The notes below the pieces were generated by a model. That model was not told the DNA's origin and ran no database searches. It saw only the letters and a program-made list of their open reading frames with translations. Position numbers and translations under genes: made by a program. This document shows, one piece after another, positions 48,201-60,015 of a stretch of DNA of 64,000 bases. The first letter of the stretch is position 1. Each line of letters begins with the position of its first letter. The stretch is from Macrostomum lignano (lineage: Eukaryota): positions 18,309 through 82,308 of the forward strand of contig NIVC01002886.1 in the NCBI GenBank assembly GCA_002269645.1. The letters are read 5' to 3'.

Positions 48201-51200
48201 CTCTTCTTCTTCCTGACGCCGGCGCTGCTCTTCTTCTTCCGCTTTCCTGCAAAATTTGAAAGCAATTTAGCAATATCAACTAACCCCAGATTGCCAAAGT
48301 CTTGGTAGCAAAGCGCGTGATAGGATGGTTAATTGGGTGGTTATCGACTTAAGCATCCATTTTACGAGTATGTCAGTTTAAAGTGCGCATGCACTTTTCC
48401 ACTCGTACTAATAATAACAGGAAAAATTGACAATAGAACAGCAGTCGGTTGTTCTCCATCTTCTTGTGGTAGGTTGCTGCAGCGGATGGGGGCAGTGGCT
48501 GAGAAGGTATGCAAGGTGAGGCTTTTATGGCCCTGAACCGATAGTGCGGAGAGAGCGAGGGACACAGAGAGAGAGAGAGAGAGAAAAGTTTCCGAAGCCA
48601 GGCGCTGACTGCAGGGAAGAATGGGCTGCGTGAGGATAAACTGCGGATCCCATAAAAAGCCAAGATGGATGAGGAAGGGAGACAGCAGGAGACGACAGCT
48701 CAGGCTCAATACAGAGGGCTGCTGCATATCAATTGCATTCAAGGCTGCCCAAATTCCTCCTCCAGCTACTGAAAGAGAATTTTTTAAACAATAAAAAGAA
48801 AGGAAAAGCTGACAGGCTTTGGCAGGAGCAGAGGAGACGGGGAACAAAGGAATTTCGGGCTTACAGGAAGGATGCTGAAAGTGAGGCTGATGTCGCCTCT
48901 TTGTTTAACAATATCGGTGCTGAGTTCACATATGAGCACACTGCCAAGCCCATGATTCAGCTAGGATCTACGAACAGAGACAAAGACCAGGATCTCTAGA
49001 CAAAGACCAGGATCTCTAGACAAAGACCAGGATCTCTAGACAGAGACCAGAATCTCTAGACAAATATCAAGATTTATAGACAAAGACCAGGATCTCTAGA
49101 CAAAGATCAGGATCTCTAGACAAATATCAGGATCTCTAGACAAAGTCCAGGATCTCTAGACAAATATCAGGATTTCTAGACAAAGACCAGAATCTCTAGA
49201 CAAAGACCAGAATCTCTAGACAAAGATCAGGATCTCTAGACAAAGATCAGGGTCTCTAGACAAAGTCCAGAATCTCTAGACAAAGACCAGAATCTCTAGA
49301 CAAAGATCAGGATCTCTAGACAAAGATCAGGGTCTCTAGACAAAGTCCAGAATCTCTAGACAAAGACCAGAATCTCTAGACAAAGACCAGAATTTCTAGA
49401 CAAAGATCAGGATCTCTAGACAAAGATCAGGGTCTCTAGACAAAGTCCAGGATCTCTAGACAAAGATCAGGATCTCTAGACAAAGTCCAGAATCTCTAGA
49501 CAAAGATCAGGATCTCTAGACAAAGACCAGAATCTCTAGACAAAGACCAGAATTTCTAGACAAAGATCAGGATCTCTAGACAAAGATCAGGGTCTCTAGA
49601 CAAAGTCCAGGATCTCTAGACAAAGATCAGGATCTCTAGACAAAGTCCAGAATCTCTAGACAAAGATCAGGATCTCTAGACAAAGTCCAGGATCTCTAGA
49701 CAAATATCAGGATTTCTAGACAAAGACCAGAATCTCTAGACAAAGACCAGGGTCTCTAGACACAGACCAGGATCTCTAGACAAAGAATAGAATCCCAGGA
49801 CTGGGACGAATGTCTCCCTAAAGTTTATAATCTGCAGATTAAGAACAGAGAATATCTGGTCATTGAAAGTCTCTGCGAGGAACTACAATGGTTTCAGAGA
49901 AAAAACGTTTACTTTTTAGAAGAAAAAAACCGCCTTAGAAACGAATCTCTAACTCGGAAACTGATGCCACACACACAGTTTGAGCGGCAGCCCGAGTGGC
50001 TGCTGCAGAGTCTCTCGCACCCACCCCTTATCATGGCCCGGCAGCCCCCCGAACTGACTAACTGTGAAAGCATCAGCAAGAGGGCTCAGCTGAGTGACAG
50101 TAAGGGGTATTGTAAGAGCCTGTCCTGCAAAAGCATAGAAAAACACTCTAGAGCACTGGAGTTGATAGTGGGGGGGATGTCAGCTAGTTCGTATTGCATA
50201 GCAACTACACAGCTCTTGGCTGTCTGCCTGCTGATTGTGAAATCAACTCACAATGCTGCACTGCAGGACTGGGGAAGCTGGGCTATAAACCAGTGATTAA
50301 ATATCGGCGATAATTTATTAATGAATCGATAATTTTGCGAGCTGCTTGGGCAGAGGTAAAGAAATTTTCATTAGTATGGGAAAATTACGAGCGTACTTGA
50401 GGCTGAAAGCAAAATTTGCTACTTATGAGTACACTGGGATCAAGCAAAAAGTTTTCAAAGACTCATAGATTCTTTAGGGTAAGCCCTAAACTCAAAATCC
50501 TTTACGGGGTACATCTATGCTCATGGTCCTTTCTTGGGTACATCAGCCCCTCAGGTGCTTCAGTGGGTAACATCAACCCCTCAGCTGCTTCAGTGGGTAA
50601 CATCAACCCCTCAGGTGCTTCAGTGGGTAACATCAACCCCTCAGCTGCTTCAGTGGGTAACATCAACCCCTCAGGTGCTTCAGTGGGTAACATCAACCCT
50701 TCAGGGTACATCCAGCTACTGTGTTCTTCCCTTTATCCTTCAATCTTGAACAGCTCAATCAGGAGTCGTTCAACTTCAATATTTGTGTTGTACTTTCAAA
50801 AAAAAGTAATTACTCTCTCAAATACGTGATTTGGTTAGTTAAGGAGAATCTCTGTGACTAAAAATTGTAAAGAAATCAAGCACAGGTGAAGCAAGTGATA
50901 AGCTCTGTTTATTGCCTTCGAGCTTCCAATTCCGCCAGGCGTCTTCTGGCCTCGGCTTCTTCCTTGATGCGGCGCAGTCGATCTCTAAGCTCGGGTGCGA
51001 ATTCGAATCAATGAACGCATTTTTTTGTTTGTCCGGTGGCGAGTTTGTTTAAATGATAAAATGACGTTTTTAAGTTTCACGCATCCAAACTGGCAGCTCA
51101 GGATTGAATTACCCGACTATTTATTAAAACAGCTCAGACGTGTGGACCTGCCACTCACCGCACCCTGTCAGCCAGGGCGAGCTCGGCATCCTTGATCTGA

Positions 51201-54200
51201 CGCCGGAGCTGATTCTCCATCTGTTCCAGCTGCCGCAGCCGCCGGCTTCGCTCCTCTTCCTCGCGCTGCAGCTGCTCGAACTCCAGCAGTTTAGCCTTCA
51301 GCATCCCGTTGGCGGCTTCATCAGACTTCGCCTGCTCCCCAGCCGCGGGCAGCTCGGCCGCCGCTGCCGCCATTCGCGCCTTCTCCGCCTCCCAGAGTCG
51401 CCGTTGACGACGCATCTCGTCCAGCAGCGCCTCGGCTGACATCGCCGTCAGACGGGCGTCGTCATTCTCGTCGCTGTTGTCCTTGACAACGACGCTTCGA
51501 GCTCTCGGCGTTATCGGGATTTGAGAGGTGGAATCGTTGTTGAAGGCGTCGGTGTCGGCGGCAGCGGCGGCGGCGGCGATGGAGGCGTCGGTTTCAGCGC
51601 TGGCGGCTCCTCGGCGCTGGTCCTGCCCGCCCGTCGACAGTCGATAGGTGGCGCCGCTGACTGTCCGCTCCGACGTCGATGACGGCGGCTCCGTCAGCGG
51701 CGACTCGTCAAACGGCGGCGGAGGCGGCGGCGGCGGCGGCAGCGGCATAGGCGAAGATCTCAGTGAATCTTCATCGTCAGCCTCCGCTCCCGTTGCGGAG
51801 GCACCAGCGGCCGCGGCCGCAGCCTGAGCTTTGCTGCAAAATTTGCGTCAAATAGGAGTTTCTATGAGTTTTTCTTGGTTCGCAAATTGAGGCAGCTGCT
51901 GCTATCCTGCTGAGAATCGTTCTGTTTCAATTTTAACTAGCTAGTTGTTTGGTTGCGGGGAGGGGTCGGGATTAGGTGTGCATGTAATCAAACTTCTGAG
52001 AACAGACTAGCCATTGTTCTTTGCAAATAAAGAGCTTAGAGGAGGGCTAACCGAGATTCAATGTACATTGAGAGTTTCGAAGAGGGCTAGTCGGGATTCA
52101 ATGTACATTAAAAGTTTCGAGAAGGGCTAGTCGAGATTCAATGTACATTGAAAGTTTCGAGAAGGGCTAGTCGAGATTCAATGTACATTGAGAGTTTCGA
52201 GAAGGGCTAGTCGAGATTCAATGTACATTGAGAGTTTCGAGAAGGGCTAGATGAAATTCAATGTACATTGAGAGTTTCGAGAAGGGCTAGATGAGATTCA
52301 ATGTACATAATTTAGATTCAATGTGCAATATTACTTCGCAAAGTTAAGTATAAATGCGTTTGTATATAATAAGGACAGAGAGAAACCCAAATAAGAGGTA
52401 TCAAAGAAACGTAAAATTTATTGTGAATTTCTAAATTAAAGAGTGCATTACAGTCTTTTATCAGCTGAGGAAATGCAAAAGAAACACACAGGAAGGGTTT
52501 AAGCAGACTATCAAACTGGCACGTACACTTTGCTCTAGAAGTTTTATTTTGCTGATCGATAAAGTGTACTGAATAAAGATGCTGGCTTCTTACAATATGT
52601 ACCTGCATTGCTTCGGGTGTTTTCTGTCGATTTTTGCTCCATCCGCAGGCTCACACACCCCTATATAAGAAGTATTAAGTCCACGACCAAGCAATTGCAG
52701 GACCAGAAGCCCCAGGCCAAAGTTTCGAGCACAAGCTCCGAAATGAATGCAGCCTTGCACGGAATAGAAGCAGGTGTCGTGGAGCGAGAGTCGGACCGCC
52801 GCTCTTGCCCTCCCACTAAATTCCCTAGACAGTTCTTACCACTGCTCTCAATAAAGTTTCAACAGCAGTTTACAAAGGCACTCACCACCGCGGCATTCAA
52901 TCCTCTGGCCAAGCCAGCTCAGAAGCTTCGAACTCGGGCCAAGTCTACAAACACTCTTCCAGTCTCTGGGCTGAACTTCAAGACAGGTAGGCAGACGACA
53001 GAAGCGAGAAGCAAAGGTAATAAATAACGAGTATTTTTGTGCTTGTTGACAGGTAGGCAATACGTCTGTGCAGTTGGTGCAGCTATCAATGATATTTAAA
53101 AAGGAAAATTCATAATTGCGTGCATAAATAAAATATGCAAAAAATAATAATAGAGTATTGTGTACAGTAAAAATCAACTGAGCTGCCATATTTGGTGCGA
53201 TAGAGAAGAATCCAAGTGCTCAAGATTTCTCACCTCTCCAGCTCTTCGTAGTCCATGTCCAGTCCGGAGTCGAAGGGAACGGGAGATCGGGACTGACCTG
53301 CCAGGTGAACCAAAACAATGCTTCACTCAGTGTTAACTAATGCACAGCGAAAACTAATTACTGTAACTACAGAAGAATCCTGTTTTCTTAGAAAGCAACT
53401 ATTGCGCTTTGCCCAAGCAGTTGATGAAGCTAAGAAGTTTTAAAACAATAGAAAACATTGCGCCAGTCGCTTATTCATCCAGATGTTTCATAAAAATGCA
53501 TAACAATACTTCTGCTTCTCTGACAACAAAATTTGCATTCGATCGCTTGCTTCTTACATACACTCGTACGTAACCCGTCAGTGTGACGACCTCTTTAATT
53601 TCTAACGAACAAATTGCTTTCTAGAAGTATATTAAGTCCATCTTCATCTACCCAGGATTTATTACAGGATACGCCTAAAGTGTATCCTTATCGTAATCGG
53701 TCTCGCTGTATTCATGTGTATATTTAAATTCTGCTAACGGAATAGAAGCAGGTGTCGTGGAGCGTAAAATTACTTCAGGGGCCCGTGCTATCGAATACTC
53801 TTAACTCCTAAATCCTTAAGAGTGTCCTAACTCCTAGCTCCTAGCTGGCTTTTCTGTGCTATAGAATCAAGAGTAAATTTTAAGAGCTAGGAGGCTCCTT
53901 AAGGACGTTAGGATACTCCTTGGTGAATTTAGGAGACCTCATTAAGGTTTGTCGCGTGCTATAGAATAAGGAGCGGAGCGTAGGAGCTAGGAGCTAGGAA
54001 TTGCCGTTTAGGAGTGAGTTTTAGGAGTGCGTGTCCTATAGAAGGAGCGAAACTCATTTCTAGCTCCTAATTCCTAGTTAAGACTTCAAGGGCCAAATTT
54101 CACTCTTAGGTTATAGTAGGATCGTATGATTCGTTTCTTTTTTCATGTTTTCGGACAGTGAGCTAGGCTCGGACGATGAGGGAGCTAATGATCGACGACC

Positions 54201-57200
54201 CAGACAATTTAAGCAGAGCATTAACTTTTTTGAAGAATATAATACTGTGTCAGGATTTCGGCTCAATGAGAATCAACTCTTGGCGACATTCAAGGATGAC
54301 CTCTCTCCACATTTCAATCTTGAGTGCTTTTGTTATTGTTGGCGAAAAGGCACCGAAAAGGTGCACGTCCTTTCGAGCCGCAATCGCTTTAACAAACGCA
54401 ACTTTTTGGTTTGCTTGCATTGTTTGAATTCACGAATTGCTCCTATAATTACTCCTTAAGGTGCGTACATTTAGGAGTTTAATATAGCACGTAGATTGGC
54501 AGACTCCTTAGCCAATCGCCTTACACTCCTTAGAACTCCTCCTCACTCCTATGCTGCACTCCTTAAAACAACTCCTAGCTCCTAACTCTTGATTCTTGAA
54601 CTCTATAGCACACAAAATCGATTCGCTCCTTGCTAGGAGCACTCCTGACTCCTAACTCCTTACTCTTTGCTCTTAAATCTATAGCATGGGCCCCAGATCT
54701 CTCCCCTCTGTCCCTAAAGTACAATGTAATCCACCTCACTTGGTTGATGTGCAACTTTCAATTTTGCCGTCTCCATCCATCTGCCTTTCTTTCCCTTCCG
54801 CCCTAAATAATGTACATTGTGTGTTGTTATCGATCCGTCTCCAACTTCAGTGTGTATTTTAACTTTCGCTACCCCTCTACCCCAACGTGCACGCCCGAGT
54901 CTCTCCCCCTCTGCCCCCTAACTGTGTGTTTTTATCGATCCCTCTCCCTCGGGCGCATTTTAGCTTTCGCTTTACCCCTCTACTCCAATGTGCACACCCA
55001 AGTCTCCCCTCTGCCCAATAGTGTACATTGCCATCGGCCGCAAATAATCTCTGGCTTACTGTCGGCAGTGCCGGGCCGCGAGCCGAGGCCCGGGTAGCTC
55101 TGCATCGGGTAGGGGCCGATGTACACTCCAGTGATGCCCTTGTGCGCCACCTTTGGCGTCCTGCCGTGATATACGGCTAGAAACAAAGAGCGGGATAAAA
55201 CGGAGCCGAAATACAGAATCACTGAGGCTGTTTCATTAATTCGGGATCTAAAAAATGGTCAGGAGCTAAATCTAAAACCAGTTTTGTGTTAAAAATTCGG
55301 AACAACCAAAAATGAAAAAACGGCGGTAAAATGCATAAGCAATTTATGCAAATTTAGTCTCCATAGAGACTGCTACAGTTTCTCCTGTAATTTAGTATCG
55401 ATTTTTTAAAAATCAAAAGTAAGGTAGCTTGTATGTGGTATTCGTTACTACTGTGCGTGATTGAAAACGGAAATTATTAGTAAGCCATCATAGCATAAAA
55501 TCGATAAGCTCGGCTAAAAATTATTTCTTAAAAAAATTTAAAATGGCGCATTTCTGCCTCACTCGTCTCGCTCAGTCGTTGGTGATGCCTCATTCTTTGT
55601 GCTGAAAATTAGAGAGACCAAAAAGGCATTGCAGTCTAACGTTCATCGTCAGGACGGCTAATTGTGAGGTCGACCACTTAGAAGAGTGCCACACTGTTCT
55701 GACTGAAGATTGCTAACATTAACTTGGCCATAAAGAGTGCCGCACCCCATGCCTGATCAGCCTTGACAACTGAGCAGCAAAGCGAGCTAAATACAGTTTT
55801 TTAGGCAAACCGGAGAACCAGTTTCTCTAGGATGACTCACTTTGACGAGGCGAATCGAAGTTTTGCTGCTGCAAAGGTGGCTGCTGCTGCTGCTGCCTCG
55901 ACGACCGTTGCGGCTGCTGCAGGGCTCGGTGATTCGGGTAGCTGCGATTCGAAGCAATGGAGCCATCGGAGCTCGATTGAGATCGGCGAGCGATGTCATA
56001 GTCCAGCACGAATATCTCGGGGCAGTAGGCCTGTTGTGCACGATTCAATTTTCGTATTTGCAGTCTACTCCGATTCGGGAAAATAGTGTTTTACGCTAGT
56101 AATAATATTAATAATAATAATTGATTACACCTGCCCTAATGGCCAGATGTGCAACCGACAGCTCAGCCGCAGCTATTGCGCGGCGCATCTGAAGGCTGCG
56201 TACGGCTGTTCAGTCCAAGGACTGGGGGGTCGCCACACACATCCTCAATTACCCCAGCTTATTCTTGCACCCATTTTACAGCTGGGTGAACTGAAGCAAT
56301 GCAGAGTTAAGTGTCTTGCTTAATGACAAAAATTGTTCTAGTGGGATCGGGAATCGAACCCCCGACCATCAAGTCGTGAGTCCGACGCTCTAACCACTAG
56401 GCTACAACCCCTCCACTAGGCTACAACCCCTCCACTAGGCTACAACCCCTCCACTAGGCTACAACCCCTCCACTAGGCTACAACCCCTCCACTAGGCTAC
56501 AACCCCTCCACTAGGCTACAACCCCTCCACTAGGCTACAACCCCTCCACTAGGCTACAACCCCTCCACTAGGCTACAACCCCTCCACTAGGCTACAACCC
56601 ATAGCCTTCTACCCAGATTTAATGGTGCAAGAGGTCAGAACATGTTAATAGCTACACTGCTCAATAAGTCTTCAGAAAACTCTGCTTGATACAATTACTA
56701 GAGTTATGCCAAACTACTCTCTAGCTACACAGATCTGGCAGACGGCTTACGTGAGGCGGCAGAAAGTGCTTCACTTTTAGCTCCTTTTCCTGTCGGCTGC
56801 GAACCTGAAATTTCCGGTACGACAACGCCAATAGCTTAAATTGCTCGATTATGTTTTGCTGAAGTTATAAAAAACCAACACAACAAGCACTAACTTGAGT
56901 CAAGCAGCGACCGACGCTTTTGCAGAAGACAAAGTTTCTGGGAACAATCTCGTAGCCAAGCTGGCGCTCGATGTCGCTGCGGACCTGCTGCAGCAGGGAC
57001 TCGGGAAGACGCTGAAATCATTGTGTGCCCAGAGTACTGGCTAATCCTTTTTTATCACACCTGCCTAATTTGGGCCAGATGTGCAACCGACAGCTTAGCC
57101 GCAGCTATTGCGCGGCGCATCTGAATGCTGCGTACGGCTGTTCAGTCCAAGGACTGGGGGTGGGGGGATCGCCACACACACCGTCAATGACAATTACCCC

Positions 57201-58682
57201 AGCTAATGCTGGCACCCATTTTACAACTGGGTGAACTGAAGCAATGCAGAGAGTTAAGTGTCTTGCTCAAAGACACAAATTGTTACTGGGTGGTCGAGAA
57301 TCGAACCCCCGACCTTCAAGTGGTGAGTCTACTCAGATCACTATTGGTTCATACGGACATTTCCAACAGTAGTTGCCTCCGTTCTAGCGCAGTTGCACCA
57401 TCCCGACCCCATTAGCTTCGCCTCCAATAGAAATTCCGGCTTCAGTTCACTGGATGAAGGAAGCCAGTCAATCAACCGCATAAAAATTGTCAAACCATCC
57501 ATATTCGCAGGAGGGCTGCGGCCAACCTGGCGCAACGCGATGTGTGACGTCATTCACAACAAGCACTGAGGCAATTCTTAGTCTGACCATTCCGCTGGCT
57601 CCTGAGCACGTACAAGTGCAAGCGCGCCAATACTGTACGCAGGCACGCACTCATACACTCGCTCACACAGGGTGTACAGGGCCCCTGACTTTCTAATCAT
57701 CAAGAATGTACACTCTCTGTGCTTCGAGGATTGGCCCTCATGGCTGTGAATTGCACGACAACCCCCGGCCAATTTTCAAGCACAAACCCCAAATGAATGT
57801 GGCGGAATCGAACGAGGTGCTTAGAGCTGTTTTGCCCCATCAGTCAGCCTTACCGAATGAATCCGGCAGACACGGTCTCGCCGATGATCTGGTTGAACGC
57901 GCTGTGCAGCCGCTCCTGCCACAGTGCTGGCGGGACAACGTAGACATGCAAGTCGACCATCTGGTTAGGTTGGGATTTTAGCAAATCATTTGAATTAGCC
58001 AATTAGAAGTAAAAAAGCAATTTTTGTTTTTTGTTTTCTAAAATATCCTTGAAATTATATTATCAGTGAAAGTGTCACCTTGAAAATTGCTGTTTTCCAA
58101 CTATAAATAATTTAAATATGAAGGTAATACAATCTCTCAAACAACTATATCACCAGAAAAGTTAAAACTTGCATTAAATGTTTAATAAATTAAAGTCAAA
58201 AGTGGGAATACAATTCATCCATTCATTGTTAATTATAAAATAAAAATAAAAGTAACTTTTACAATAATAAAATAAAACAGATTTTAAAAGCTTATGTTCT
58301 CCAACCGAGGCCATAAACAGGGTACCCATATAAAAATTTCTACTAAAATAGTTTTGTGTACTGAAAAAAGTGCAAGAAATACAAAAAATTTTAATTACGA
58401 GTTTACGACCTACAGTCAAGCATACAAAAATCTGCATGATGATTTATCTTCCGTAGTACATGTACATATACGTATACTCGCACGTATATTCCAACTAATG
58501 TTTGTAAAAACAATGAGAATTCAAGCATACTAAATAGTTAACTACAGACTACAGTCTACACTACAGTACACTACATCGTGAAAGATGCAAAAAATAATTA
58601 AGAAGCGCAGGCTGGTAACCTTTTTAAATTACAAATTTACCTGCTCGGATGGCGGTCTATTAGGATGGCTCTCATAATCCAT
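36219..58682 (-). CDS. SPATA1: SPATA1-like (spermatogenesis-associated protein 1) coiled-coil protein, ~811 aa, 16 exons; apparent 1-nt frameshift at the start of exon 3
   Basis: Exons in - strand order: 58682-58641, 57960-57854, 57011-56895, 56804-56751, 56030-55841, 55176-55060, 53297-53234, 51833-51159, 50984-50916 (GC donor), 48246-47899, 45804-45735, 44780-44714, 41897-41772, 39005-38830, 38483-38385, 36332-36219. The N-terminus NRPPSEQMVDLHVYVVP..W..VSAGFIR..FVFCKSVG..QEKELKVKHFLPP..PEIFVL and the C-terminus RNQARDMWKKRYFEEKK..LEDQANRLRDELESYHK..DSKMKLTAEVKLRTQAEAELRAMKAELTQRK match the two conserved SPATA1 blocks as I recall them. The exon sum (2435 nt) is one base short of a multiple of 3. 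Confidence 0.87.
36524..38103. repeat. 16-bp minisatellite GAGGGTGTGACTTTTT with higher-order structure (SPATA1 intron 15)
   Basis: A diagnostic variant recurs at alternating spacings. Confidence 0.97.
39140..39655. repeat. ~37-38-bp minisatellite CCCTACAGACCGCAACCCAGCCACACCCCACTCCCTAC
   Basis: Direct inspection. Confidence 0.95.
39711..41266. mobile_element. Non-autonomous Mutator-like / foldback DNA transposon, 1556 bp
   Basis: Long inverted termini (~39711-40100 vs ~40660-41266) start GGG-N4-CGACGTTTGCC and contain tandem GACGTTTGCC(A/T)GC subrepeats. Perfect 9-bp TSD ATTCGTCCT at 39702-39710 and 41267-41275. Confidence 0.87.
43394..44708. repeat. 41-bp minisatellite CCAATCCTAAACCCTAACCACAACCGTAGCTTCTGCCGACA (~32 units)
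   Basis: Direct inspection; it abuts the SPATA1 exon 12 donor site. Confidence 0.97.
44855..44869. promoter_or_regulatory. RFX-type X-box (GTTGCC-ATT-GGCAAC)
   Basis: Exact fit to GTNRCC-N(0-3)-RGYAAC, 75 bp upstream (- strand) of SPATA1 exon 12. Confidence 0.55.
45365..45575. repeat. G/A-rich ~14-bp repeat GGGAGAGGGGTAGA
   Basis: Direct inspection. Confidence 0.92.
46535..46548. promoter_or_regulatory. RFX-type X-box (GTTGCCATGACAAC)
   Basis: One mismatch from the palindrome GTTGCCATGGCAAC, within a CpG-rich non-repetitive island in SPATA1 intron 10. Confidence 0.5.
46790..47745. repeat. 14-bp minisatellite GATCTACTCTGCCC
   Basis: Direct inspection. Confidence 0.96.
48980..49795. repeat. 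20-bp minisatellite CAAAGACCAGGATCTCTAGA
   Basis: Direct inspection. Confidence 0.97.
50542..50705. repeat. 30-bp tandem repeat x5 TCAG(C/G)TGCTTCAGTGGGTAACATCAACCCC
   Basis: Direct inspection. Confidence 0.94.
52048..52325. repeat. 39-bp minisatellite with palindrome TCAATGTACATTGA
   Basis: Direct inspection; ~7 units. Confidence 0.94.
53779..54693 (+). mobile_element. Non-autonomous PIF/Harbinger-like DNA transposon, 915 bp, with a probable transposase N-terminal remnant
   Basis: TIR GGGCCC(G/A)TGCTAT(C/A)GA and 3-bp TSD CAG (53776-53778, 54694-54696), with many subterminal CTCCTA/TAGGAG motifs. The internal ORF 54145-54459 (RRPRQFKQSINFFEEY..FRLNE..DDLSP) resembles the start of HARBI1-type transposases; that resemblance is from memory, not a search. 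Confidence 0.75.
56100..56413 (-). mobile_element. tRNA-derived CORE-type SINE, copy 6 (SPATA1 intron 4)
   Basis: Full-length reverse-complement copy with an (ATT)n tail; its 5' end runs into a 19-bp tandem array. Confidence 0.88.
56394..56600. repeat. 19-bp tandem repeat x11 CCACTAGGCTACAACCCCT, derived from the SINE 5' end
   Basis: The unit is the reverse complement of the first 19 nt of the SINE (AGGGGTTGTAGCCTAGTGG). Confidence 0.95.
57054..57328 (-). mobile_element. tRNA-derived CORE-type SINE, copy 7 (SPATA1 intron 2), 5'-truncated
   Basis: B box, CORE-like block and 3' domain on the - strand. Confidence 0.85.
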
Positions 58683-60015
58683 GATTGTGTTACTTGCGGT
58701 TCAGTGCTTTACTGCTTCATTTCACTATTTTAAGTTTTGTAACAAGGTGGTAAGACTAAATTGGGACTAGCTTTAGCGAAAAGGGGCGACTGATAACATG
58801 TTGAATTGTTCGCGACTCTAAATTAAACTCGTAGTTATCTCTTTCATAGTAAGATCTTAGTAGACAAAAACAGTTTTTTAAAGTTTATTTTACAAGTTTT
58901 ACAAGTTTTAAAAGTATTATTACGATATTATAAACAGAGATCATTGCTTGTTTGTTAATTCAAGGATTGAAAAAAAATCCGTAAAATATAAAATAAAAAG
59001 CGACTTTGTGTTTTAAAATTTTGGAATTGAAAAGTATCTTTAACATTAGATTAATACTTCTTCAAGCAAAAAAACAAAGAAAAGCTGTTTTAAAGCTTAC
59101 TTGTATACAACTACGAGCCTGAACTACGTCCTTGAACTACGAGCTAAAATCTAGTACTCTCTCCCCCAATTTTTCTTTACGCAACGAACTTCTTAGCAGC
59201 TATCGTCCTTCAATACTTGAACCAAATGTTTCTACCATCGTGATTGAATCTTGATAAATACTATTTGAACTGCATAACTTGATAATTTTTATATAAATTG
59301 AATTTAGGCAACGATTGGACTTTAGCACATTCCGGTCTAAATAGACTCGTGTATGTAAATGCATATATGTACATGTATGCGAAAGCATTCCCTTATAAAT
59401 CATTTAAACAACTAGCTCACGTGTGATTAATTACGTTGATTGATCAAAAGTTACTCGGCTAAGCGAGACAATTTTACCAAATTGGAGCAGATAGGTTGAT
59501 AAATGATAATTTTAACTTCCTGTCGAACATGGGGAAGCATGCTTGGCCATCATGCAAAACTGTGCCATTTCCATTTATACTTTAGTCCATACGAGTATGT
59601 CAATATCATGCTGTCTGTCATGCAAGCAGGCTGTTTTTAATTTCAATCAAATAAAGGACGCAAAGGACCACGCACGTATGTATCCCAGCTACAGCTAGGC
59701 ATGTCCCACCACCTAAAGCTGGTTCTGTGTTGCATAACATGTATACGAGCCAGTATGCAGTACACACCACATTTTAGCTAAATACTGTAATTTAGATAAT
59801 TTATCCATCCTTGCCACTACCAAATTTTCATTACGCATTATTACTCCTTAAAATGTGAATTTCAAAGCATGATACATGTATATGACAGTAGGATCCCTAT
59901 CCCTTTGTTTCACCATATTGAGTTTGAGTGATATTTATACTGTTGGTCCTTGGTGAAATTTTTGACCGTCAATTGAATCAATAAAGTTATAATCCAGTAT
60001 ACTTCAAGTATCAAT

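Noticed and set aside
52608-53027. 139-aa + strand ORF inside SPATA1 intron 7
   Set aside because: No recognisable domain or splice context; its length is compatible with chance.
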